Assembly: GCF_001194135.2 (NCBI RefSeq) | Contig: NC_068990.1 | Coordinates: 15,097,557-15,148,087, forward strand | DNA length: 50,531 bases | Reading direction: 5' to 3' | Source of the DNA: Octopus bimaculoides | Lineage: Eukaryota | Program-made: the position numbers and the translations under genes | The notes under the pieces: model-generated | Told to the model about the DNA's origin: nothing | The model's database searches: none | The model's input: the letters and a program-made list of their open reading frames with translations, nothing else | Part shown: positions 12,701 through 24,938 of the stretch, piece after piece | How the letters are laid out: every line of letters begins with the position of its first letter | Numbering within the stretch: the first letter of the stretch is position 1

Positions 12701-15700
12701 GCTAGAACTGTTAGAAATAACAACCAACTCTCCCTAAGATCACAATCTACTGTTTTATTAAAGGTAGAATACATTTAGCCATAGGTCAACTCAATCAGAA
12801 CTGACCTGTGACTAAACTACTACTATTAAAATATTTCTAGACTTTATGGCTCAATGAGATTCAAATGAAAGAAAGTTGTCACTAACAAAATAGTCAAACC
12901 AATGACAGAGCCTCTATGAATATATATACACTAAAATAGCAGCTAAATTCCCTCAAATCGCAAAGATAAAGACACAATGGGTGATCCACTCTTAGAATAT
13001 ATGAAATGACTGGATAGTCATGGTTGGAACATCTTCAAGCATAGATCATTCAATCAGTAAAATTAGGATTAAATCAACTAGTTGGCCACAGCTGAAACAC
13101 ATTTTGATCAAAGGTCATTTGCTCAGAGTAGAACTACAGTACAGTTAAATAAACTGCAATAATCCAAAGATTTGTTTTAGGATTATAAGATATGATTTTG
13201 CACAAACAGAAAAAATCATATTTAAGCCTTTCAGATTACTCTGTCACGTGTAATGTTTATTTATTTACATTGTTTTGAATTAATCATGTATTATGTCATA
13301 ACTTTGTAATTCCAACGATGTGACTGCTTAGTTTTAGAAAAAACATTGTAGAGTAAAGTGTGAGAGGTCAGATCAGGTTGGTTTGAACATAAAACAGGTA
13401 GAATATTACGGTTGGATATTGTCAGTTTAAATGCTAAAGGGTTAGATACTGAATAGCAGGAAATATCTTTTTTTTTATTAACATTTTTGATATCAACCTG
13501 TCTGAAACTGCTCCTGGTTCATCATCATTATCATCATCATCATCATCGTTTAATGTCCGTTTTCCATGCTGGCATGGGTTGGACGGTTCGACTGGGGTCT
13601 GGGAAGCCAGGAGGCTGCACCAGGCTCCAGTCCGATCTGGCAGTGTTTCTACAGCTGGATGCCCTTCTTAATGCCAACCACTCAGTGAGTGTAGTGGGTG
13701 CTTTTTATGTGCCACCGGCACAGGGGCCAGAGGAGGCTGGCAACGGCCATGATCGGTTGGTGCTTTTTATGTGCCACTAGCACGGAAGCCAGTCAAGGCG
13801 GCACTGGCATCGGCTGCATTCGGATCGTGCTTTTTACATGCCACTAGCACGGGTATCACAACTACAATTTCCACTTGATTTTTATTTTGATGTACTTGAC
13901 TCAAGGTCTCCTCAAGCACAGCAGGTCGCCCTACAACCCAAGGTACTTGAATGGGCTGGGGCTGGTTATGTGAAGCTGGTGTAGGATACACCATGAACTC
14001 ACTTTGTCAGGTATTCGCAGTTACAGCATATCTCCAGAGGTCTATACCGGAACATTTTGAGAAATTATACTTAAAACATAGGACTTAATAATGGTTTCTG
14101 ACTTAGGCACAAGACTAGTAATTTTGAATGGGAGGGTTCAGGTGATAACATTGACTCTAATATATGACTGGTATTTTATTACATTGATCACAGAAGACTG
14201 GAAACAAATAACACCACTTATATGACAATGATGCTCATTTACGACTACCACACAATGTCACGACAAGGAAACACAAAGGCATACCCATATATGTACATCA
14301 CCATTTAACATCCACATATCAATACTATTGTGGGTCAAACAGAATTTGTTGGAGCAGATTTTCCTGTCACCAACCCTCACCTGTTTCCAAGCGAAGTAAT
14401 ATTTCCCATGTGCAAACGTTTCCATGTAAGACTGAAAACAAACAACACCGCTTGTATGATGGGGATGCTTGCTTACAACCACCAAGTGACGTCAAGACAG
14501 ATGTACACATGAACACGCATGAGTGCAAACACACACACATGCACACACATATATGATGGGCTTCTTTCAGTATCCATCTATCAAATCCACTCACAAGGCT
14601 CATGCCTGTGCCTCACTCGTATGCCCCAACTTTTAGCATTGTTTCTAGAGTTGAACACCTTAGCTGACACCAACCACTTCACAGAGTGAACTGGGTGTAA
14701 TTTATGACCTCAGCACTAGAGATCTTGTTCTTTGCAAGACTAAAGAGTCCTCTCTATACAATGTTTTCATCACCATTTGTTTAAAGAAGGACATGCAAAG
14801 GAGAAAGAGTGAGGACTAAGAGCATGAAAGAAGAGAGTATAATAGAAGGGTGGTGGAGGAGAGTGATAGAAGCATAGTAGAGGAGAGAGTACAGGAAATG
14901 ATAATCTTTTACTTGTTTCAAGCATTAGACTGCTGCCATGCTGGAGCACTGCCTTGAAAAGTCTGCAGTTGAATGAATCAACCCCACTACTTTGCTGATC
15001 ATAAGATATTATCAACTTACACATACACACAATGGGCTCCTTTCAGCTTCCGTCTACCAAATCCACTCACAAGGCTTTGGTTGGCCTAAAGCTATAGTAG
15101 AAGACACTTGCCCAAGGTGCCACATAGTGGGAATGAACCCAGGACCGTGTGGTTGGGAAGCAAACTTACCACACAGCCACACGTTTCCCTAATCCTGCCC
15201 CCCACTCTTTTATTTTATATAGATAAAACGGGCACAAGAATAAATTTTAAAATACAAATATCCTTACATAGACAAGCCACTGTTTTGTGTATCTTCAGAT
15301 AAACCACTTAATGGTTGGAGTAACAACCTGAAATGAAAGAGAGAAGAAAATCAAAACATGATTTAGCTGATCATTCATAATTCATGATTCATCAGTCTTC
15401 AATTTTCAGTTGCTGACCTCACAACTACAGTTAGATGAGAACATTGTTTAGCAACAATACTGACACAGATTACCAATTATTATATAACAAAGTTTTGCTA
15501 ATTAAGAAATTAAGAGAAAAATGTCAGCTTAGTTCTCAGTATCACTTTTCTCATAGGAAAAAAGTTTAGTTATTGATATCAATAACTAAAATAATTTTGC
15601 TAATTCAGTTTTACAGATATTTATATTAGCTTTCTTTTTCTTTTTTATTTCGTTTGTTGTGTTTTTCTACATTTTTACATGACAACATGGCTTGGGAAGT

Positions 15701-18672
15701 AGGTGAAAATTTGAATGCACATCAGTGTAGTGTATTGTTGGAATAACTATGTGAACAGCAATGCTGGATGGTAAGGATTGCAATTATAATCATATCATCG
15801 TCTTAATGCATGGACATTTTTTATGTTGATGATGTCCTTAGCCACTGGATCTTATAAAGGAGCTGTTGAGGTAGCGGAATCACAAAACATGGCTGGAATT
15901 CCTTCCTACTTGTTTTAGTTAATAGACTATGGCCATACTGGGGCACTGCCTTGAGGAACTTTTGATACAATAAATCAACCCCAGTAATTTTTTTTTTTTA
16001 ACTAGATATTCATTCTCTCAGTCTCCTTTGCTGAACCACTAAGTTATAGGGATGTAAATACACCAACACTGGCTGTCAAGTGGTGGTTAGGTACAAATAC
16101 ACATGACAGGCTTCCTTCAGTTTCTATCTACTAAATCAATTCACAATGTGTGAGGCTATAGTAGAAGACACTTGCTCAAGGTGCTAGACAGTAGAACTGA
16201 AAAATTACCATACTTGGAAACAGTTAAGGGTCAGCTACAGGAAGGGCATCTGGTTGTAGAAAATCTGCCTCAGTAAACTCTATCTGACCATGCAAGCTTT
16301 AACAAGTAGGTATTAAAATGACGAAGATGATAACTACCTTCAAGTCATCATCATCATCGTTTAACGTCCGCTTTCCATGCTAGCATGGGTTGGACAATTC
16401 GACTGAGGACTGGTGAAACCAGATGGCTACACCAGGCTCCAATCTGATTTGGCAGAGTTTCTACAGCTGGATGCCCTTCCTAACGCCAACCACTCCGAGA
16501 ATGTAGTGGGTGCTTTTACGTGCCACCAGCACGAAGGCCAGTCAGGCGGTACTGGCAACGGCCACGCTCAAAATGGTGTATTTTACGTGACACCTGCACA
16601 GGAGACAGTCCAGCAGCACTGGCAACAACCTCGCTCGAATGTCTTTTCACGTGCCACCGGCACAAGTACCAGGAAGGCGACGCTGGTAACGATCACGCTC
16701 AAATGGTGCTACTTACGTGCCACTGGCATGGAAGCCAGACAGCTGCTCAACCATTTTAAACTCCAGAGTTAAGACCCATAATGCTGTTCTGCTAATAATT
16801 CTTCTTATGCCATTTGGTACCATAAGATGGGTTTTTCTTCAGATTCCATCAATGCTATGAAGAGGAATATCTTCAGCATTGATAATTTATAGCCCTCTAG
16901 CATTATTCCAGTTGCTCTCAAAGTGATGTCAGACACACCACTTTGCTGTTGAAGTGAACTGGCAGATGATTCATACATTTTTTCTTGGGTTAGAGGTTTA
17001 TGTTATCAAGGCATTGTTTTACAGTCAGATGCCCTTTTCTGATGCTCATCCTTACCTATTTTCTAAGTAAAGAATTGCTTATTCCACATGGCTTCAAAAG
17101 CATGAAGCAAGAACACAGTTTATTAACAGGTGAAGTAGCAACAGCGCTTCTTGAATGCTGTGATTTTTTATGAGCAAGCACAGATATAAACAAACGCATC
17201 CACATACACAACTGGCTTCTGCACAGCCTCCATTTATCAAATCTCCACCCCCAAGGATTTGCTCAGCCCAGTGCAGTGCAACTGGACTGAATCAAAGCCA
17301 AACTTAGTTTACACCAAAGGACAAAATTTGGGTAATATTGTTTAAAAAACTTACCATTGAATGCGGACAAATCGTTCAATTTCATCTTGATTTTCAGTAT
17401 CTTCTCTTTGTGGTGAGTTAGAGTTTAAATTTTCACTTTCTGGCTGCACATTTTCTCTTGAATTCCAGGGCTAAATAACAATTAAAAAAAACAAACTAAT
17501 TACACTTACACCCAATGAAAAAAAAAACAAAAAAAACAAATTTATAATATATGTAAAACAAAACAGGAAGTTGAAAATATTTTTGGTATTATTTATTCAC
17601 CATTATAGGTGTTTAAATAATACTATGAAACTTCCAGTTTCATGTTTTCTTATACAATAATCCTGCAAATAATATTTCCATAATTAATTCTCAATTTTAA
17701 CATGTATTTTGAACTAACATGCAGCAGCAACTGAGATTACATATTGGATTGTAATAATGGAACAGTAGCTTCAAGTGGAAACAGCTGAGATTTACCCTAC
17801 CTACCTACACTGTGTGGTTGTGTGTGAGTGTTAAAAACGAGTGTTTTTTATATGATTAACAACAGCAAACATCAATTATAGAACCCAATACCATGTATAA
17901 AGTCTAATAATTATAATAATTTTCCTAACTGTGAATAGAATGTTTTGCCAATAGTATGACTGTCAGAAATTTGATATATACATAAGTAGGCATGTTTGTG
18001 CCATCACCATTCTTAACATGTATTTTTTCCATGCTTGCATAGATCGGCTGGAGTTTCTAGAGGCAGTTTTTCTATGGCAGGATGCTATTCCTGTTGCCAA
18101 TCCTCACTTGTTTCCAAGCAAGGAAATATTTCCTCATGTTCAAATATGTTCCAAAGAATATTAGAAATGATAGTGCTTGTATGACAGAAACACCCATTTA
18201 CAACTACCGTGCTATGCCAATATGAGGAGACACAAGCAGATACACACTCACACACATGCGTATGCATACACACCTTTACAAATAGACAGTTTCAGTTTCT
18301 ATCAACAAAATCCATTTACAAAGCTTTATTCAGCCTGAAGCTATAATACAAGTCACTTGCCCAAGATGCAAATATGTGTGTGTGTGTATGTATATATACA
18401 CACACAAACATGCACACACACACAGAAGTGAGCACATAGGTGCAAAACAAGGTGGAAGAAATAGTACTCAACTACCAAAGGTAGAGTAATATGCTTTTAT
18501 TAAAGCTGCAAAATTGTCACAGTATCAGTTTTTGTGACAATTTTGTAGCTTTATAAAAGCATATATATATATATATATATATATCTACATACATACCAAT
18601 AAATATATATGAAAGATGGAAGATACGAGAATTTTTATAACTTGTGACCATTCATTTTATTATCTAATACAC

Positions 18673-18716
<44 letters not shown>

Positions 18717-21700
18717 TACATCCATGAAATAAGAAATTAAAAGGAAACATAACTGACAAGACATAAAAAAAAAGTAATAAGAACAAAATTACAGCTTGTT
18801 TTTCATTTATCAGATCTTAATCAATCAGAGCAAAGAAAAAGACTAAATTATTTCAGTTATGTGAGAAAGACTTCAGTTAAACTTTGAAAACTTTTATAAG
18901 CTCTTCAATATCCTGCCGAGATGTTTCAGTTCAACACTAGAGAATTGAAACAACCTCAACATCAGTGTTGGATGAACATAAGACCAGGATGAACAGACGT
19001 AGTTACAGTTTTGTGTAACTTGGCTTTCATGGTATCCAAGTTTTGTAGAGAAAAAGAAATTGAGATAAATAAACTACAGGTAAAACACATTCTCTATGCT
19101 GATGATCTAGATATTTCCATCATTGTCCTGACTTTAAATTCCATAGGGCTTTGATTCAAGCAACACACAGAGAAGCTACATGCCAAAGGAGGGAATATTT
19201 ACTTTGCATTTAATTTGAATTAAATAGTACCATCATGGTTTTAACATCCACGTTCCCACGCTCACATGGGCCAGATGGAATTTGTGGAGGTGGGTTTTCT
19301 ATAGCTGGATGCCGTTCCTGTCATTCACCCCTGTCTGTTTGTAAGTGAGGTAATATTTCCCTTTGGCTAAACATGTTTTCACAGTAGACTGGAGACAAAG
19401 GACACCATTTCATGATGGTCAAACTCATTTAAACTATCACACAATGCCAAGGTAAGGAGACAGTAACACACACAATCATCATCTAATGTCTATTTTCCAT
19501 GCTAGCATGTGCTGGATGGTTTAACAGGAGCCAGTAAGGCCTGAAGGTGTACCAGGCTCAATTATTAGTTTCAGCNNNNNNNNNNNNNNNNNNNNNNNNN
19601 NNNNNNNNNNNNNNNNNNNNNNNNNNNNNNNNNNNNNNNNNNNNNNNNNNNNNNNNNNNNNNNNNNNNNNNNNNNNNNNNNNNNNNNNNNNNNNNNNNNN
19701 NNNNNNNNNNNNNNNNNNNNNNNNNNNNNNNNNNNNNNNNNNNNNNNNNNNNNNNNNNNNNNNNNNNNNNNNNNNNNNNNNNNNNNNNNNNNNNNNNNNN
19801 NNNNNNNNNNNNNNNNNNNNNNNNNNNNNNNNNNNNNNNNNNNNNNNNNNNNNNNNNNNNNNNNNNNNNNNNNNNNNNNNNNNNNNNNNNNNNNNNNNNN
19901 NNNNNNNNNNNNNNNNNNNNNNNNNNNNNNNNNNNNNNNNNNNNNNNNNNNNNNNNNNNNNNNNNNNNNNNNNNNNNNNNNNNNNNNNNNNNNNNNNNNN
20001 NNNNNNNNNNNNNNNNNNNNNNNNNNNNNNNNNNNNNNNNNNNNNNNNNNNNNNNNNNNNNNNNNNNNNNNNNNNNNNNNNNNNNNNNNNNNNNNNNNNN
20101 NNNNNNNNNNNNNNNNNNNNNNNNNNNNNNNNNNNNNNNNNNNNNNNNNNNNNNNNNNNNNNNNNNNNNNNNNNNNNNNNNNNNNNNNNNNNNNNNNNNN
20201 NNNNNNNNNNNNNNNNNNNNNNNNNNNNNNNNNNNNNNNNNNNNNNNNNNNNNNNNNNNNNNNNNNNNNNNNNNNNNNNNNNNNNNNNNNNNNNNNNNNN
20301 NNNNNNNNNNNNNNNNNNNNNNNNNNNNNNNNNNNNNNNNNNNNNNNNNNNNNNNNNNNNNNNNNNNNNNNNNNNNNNNNNNNNNNNNNNNNNNNNNNNN
20401 NNNNNNNNNNNNNNNNNNNNNNNNNNNNAACAGGAGCCAGTAAGGCCTGAAGGTGTACCAGGCTCAATTATTAGTTTCAGCATGGCTTTTACACCTGGAT
20501 GCCCTTCCTCTAAGACCAACCGCTTTACAGAGTGTACTCAGTTCCTTTTTACATGGCACCAATACAGATCCTTTTTATGTGGCACCAGCACAGATGCTTT
20601 TTAACTCACAGCATTCAAATTGAATATTAAGTATTTATGGAATTTTGACTTACTGTCGGGTGACTTTTGGCCAACCCTGTACATGTATGTATGAGGCCAA
20701 CTTGAAAAACCAGAGGTTGTAAGGCCTAGTATTAGTAAAATCTTTCAGGATTTTAACTGTTTGTTGTTTGTGCATAAGTGGAGTGTTGTGTAAGAGTGCT
20801 TCTTCATAACAGCAACAATTGTTTCAAGGTAACACCCAACAAGTCTAGGTTGACTTGTCTCCATTTAAGGACGTAACAAGATCCTTATCCACAGAAGTGG
20901 TGTAAGCCAGGCATGAGTTAAGGTTACAATAAATGGTGACAAGAAAGACAGTTTCTGGTCCAGTTTTTTATATAATCATAAAACAATCTTGCTTCAAAGC
21001 AGTAAACAGAAGATCAATATCAAATTCAATATAATGAATCAGAATATGTCGCATCTTATGTTTGAAATTTTTCCATTAACATCCTGAATATTTAGTCAAG
21101 CTTGTAATGTAATATATATCTGTTGCCTTGTCAATGGGGAATTTCTTTAAATCAAAACCTGTATTTTAATCAGTGTCAATGAGGGTGGGAAAATGCATTG
21201 GCAACGTGTCAGACGTCACAAAATAGGATTTTCTGAAAATTAAACTTTATCCTGCAAAATGACAATACTTATAGTATGATCTACTAATTATATGTAAGAA
21301 AACCAGAATATATTATTAAGTTTTTTAAAATGTTTAGTTCAGGTTTTAGAGGTAAAAACATGAGTAAGTAGAAACATAAGAGATGGGTAGAATGAAAGAT
21401 AGGCTGAACACACGTATCAAATGGAAAATAGCAAAATCTATGAAATAAATACAAGAGAGGGGCATGGAAAAGTAATGGGTTATACTTGAGGAACATCTTT
21501 TAAAACTTTTCATTGTAAACTTCCACAATTATTAATATATGTACAATATTTTCTGGTTAATTAAATTTAACCCTTTAGCATTCAATTTATTCTGTCAAAT
21601 GTGACATTTTTTCATTCACATTATTTTTTAATTAATCATGCTTTATCTCAGAGCTTTGAAATTTTGATGATGTGATAGCATATTTTTAGAATGGTATTGA

Positions 21701-24700
21701 AGGGTGGGTTGGATAGGCTGGATTTGGCTAGTTAGAACATAAAACAAGTAACATATTTAGGCTGGATATGGCCAGTTTAAATGTTGTAAAAAGATTTTAT
21801 AATAGTTATCATCTTTTTCTTAATTTTTGTATTTGCTTTGCAAAATTCTTGATGTGAATTTGTGTGTTGAAATAAATTTTTGTTGTCTTGGGAGAATCAT
21901 TATGCCAATAATAACACATGCACTGGTTCAATTCCACTTCTTGTTAGTCAATTGGTTAAATATCTAATGAGCTAACAAGTCGATCTTTTGTTTAATCCTT
22001 TAGCATTCAAACTGGCCATATCTGGCCCAAATATTTTAACTGGTTTATGTTCAAACTGGCCAGATATAGCCTGTCACACCTACAATCTCATTCTAAAAAT
22101 AAACAATCACATCATTGAAATTTTGAAGCTACGTGATACTGCACGATTAATTGCAAACAATGTGAATAAATAAGCCTTTCATCTGACAGAGTAATCTGAA
22201 CACGAAAGGGTTAACATGTGGGTTAAACAATCAATTGTTTGTTAGTAGAAGTTCTTTTGTTGCTATTTGTGACCTTTCAAATGACTTAGTGACTTCCACT
22301 CCAGCTCCAAGGTTTGCTTTGTTATATTTTTAGAAGTATTGTTACGTTGACTAAGTCCACCCTGTGTATTACTGCAAGATTCACTAGTTGGCACTTTAGA
22401 TAGAGAGAAAACAAGGTCTGAAATGGTATATCTTGTGGCTTACATCAGGTACTCAAATGTAATCAGATGGTTGACCTTTTCTCTATGATAGATCAAGTAA
22501 TAACAAAGGTCATGTATCAACTATCGTATTCATACTTCTAGGAGGTTGTTTACATACAGAATTAGATGTGGGGTACTCTGTACAAACACATGTGTCGATG
22601 GTCAGTTAAGTTAACCAGGCAAAAAAAAATTACAATTTAATAAGAAACATAACTTTGAATATGCAATAATTTTTTCCATTTTATTTTTTTAATGGCTTGG
22701 TTTGGAAGAGCACTAAGATTAACAGTAGCAGGAAAAAAATACATGGGTAGCAAATGAATGCAGAAGGTTGATGTTCAAGAGAAAAAAAAGTGGACAAAAT
22801 GGTAAGTACATGACTGGGGATGCAGGGTGGACACAAGATGGATTGAGATTAGCCATCCAGATGTAAAAATAGCATTTCATTGTAGAGGCTTTCCCTTGAG
22901 CTTTGTATGGATAGATTTTTACGCCTCTTCACCAAATGGGGGTTCAACAAGAATCTGTTATGCTGGTGTCTGGGTTTTACAGAACAAACAGCATGATGAA
23001 TATCATTATAGTGGGCATGGTTTGTGCAGAGCCAATCCCATTCTTATATCCTTCAAACTTGTATTGGTCTGGTACAATAAGTGCCATGAGCCAATAATTA
23101 CTAGGATGCATGATCTGTATGAAGCTACCTTATCTTAGATAATCATCAAAAGGGCTGAAGGGCCTCATCTGCACTAGATCCATTGGAGTACCTTCTGGAG
23201 GGAATTCTCTGACATACTAATTAACCCATAGCTGGGATCCTGACAAATGCTATTACTTGAGGTCAGAGGAAGGCCTGGGGACAATAATAGCTAAGAGGTG
23301 GTTCCACACTCCTTAAAGTACCTGCAACTTCTGAATCAGAGCTCCACTACTGGATGCAGTTTAAAGTCATACTCTGGACAAAGAGCTTTGCATAGAATCA
23401 GTGTGACTGTTGAAAGCTGAAGTGTTTTCTGTCAGTTTTTGCCACATTGAGGATGTGACATCATCTGGAGAAATTATGATTAATGGAGAGGACTAGCAGT
23501 TACGGTGACTTTAAAGGTTCTGGTAGGATGTTCTTCATATTTGGGGATGAAGTACAATAAAGGGTCCTAGAAATGTGCAATGAGGATATATTCATGCTGT
23601 CAAGAGTCAAACCCGGATATAACAACACTGGAGAATGTTTTTGAAGGTTCTATTCATGAAATTATTGCAAGTTTAGAGTGTACTCAACATTACATTTTTA
23701 ATCAACCAAATATGAACCAATTTGTTGCACAATGCATCTCCATCTTTCCTTTAACTTGAAAATACCTTCTTCCCAGAATTGAAGTGTTTTCATGGCAAAT
23801 AAGTCGAAAGGTAAGCTACTATAAATCGGCACGAACTTTCCGGACAACCCAATATATTGCATATAGATGATGCTCGAGTACAGAAGGTGAAAGAAAGAAG
23901 GATATCATCTGCATAGGAAGTGGGAATTGTTTAAGATGATGAAAGGTCGTTGGTGTGCAGGAGGGAGAGTGTAGTGGACAGTACTGAATCCTTGAGCACT
24001 TCAGAGTTGACATAGTGTGCATCTGAAAGAGTTCCATCAACACACACAATAATGACGAGACCTAACTGGAAGCTTCCAATTCAAAAGATTAGATGCAAAT
24101 GAAGTCCATGGTCATGACAGAATCATATTGAAACCTTTTGATTAACCCTTTTGAGATCAACTCGCCTGAGACTGTCCTTGGCTATACAGTACAAACTTCT
24201 CATTTTGAAGTGATCTAAATTAAAACCTTCCATCAAAATTTCAAATTAATTTATGTCCGTAATACCAGCTTAATAAAGTTATTTTACTAAATTTTTCTTT
24301 ATTTTCAAAATTAATAGAAACAAAGGCAGTTCATTTCAATGGAAATACGGTAACAAAAGATTTAAAAGAACCACACAAGCAAAACAATATCAGTCAGTCA
24401 ATTTAAAGTTCACAAATACTGCTTCTTGAGAAAACAATAGATCTAACACAGTGTTGAAATCATGATAACAGTCATACTACTGATGGAGAGGAAAACAAAG
24501 AAGGCAGATGAAAAAAATGGATGAATGCCAAAGGCTGATTCGAAATTTGTTTTGCAATGGAAGACAAAGTATAGTTTATCATTTAGAACCAACTGATTAA
24601 AATATAAACCTAAATAAAATTAATATCCTATGCTAAATACTTATGTAGACAAAATGTTTCAATTAATAAATGCTATAAATTAATATAATAGATATATAGC

Positions 24701-24897
24701 AGTGCAAAAGCTAGAGCCAGTTAAGAAATATAGTGAGAATATATATATATATGATGATTAGTTTGCTCCACAACCATGTGATTTGGGGTTCACTCCCACT
24801 GCTTGGCACATGTCTTCTGCTATATCCCCAGGTCAACCAATGCCTTGCAAGTGGTTTTGGTAGATGGAAATAAAAAAAAGACCTGTCAGAGAGAGAG

Positions 24898-24938
<41 letters not shown>

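Noticed and set aside
12688-12749. AG/GT-bounded 62-nt segment in frame with exon 6
   Set aside because: Phase 1 to 0 does not fit after phase-2 exon 5, and the GTGTCT donor is weak
20700-21260. Coding-like composition suggesting a decayed transposase
   Set aside because: Stops occur in all frames I tried and I could assign no motif; needs TBLASTX or an HMM search
22333-22417. Possible minus-strand exon (DLVFSLSKVPTSESCSNTQGGLSQ)
   Set aside because: Phase 1-1 cannot be inserted into the phase-0 intron 3, and the donor is weak
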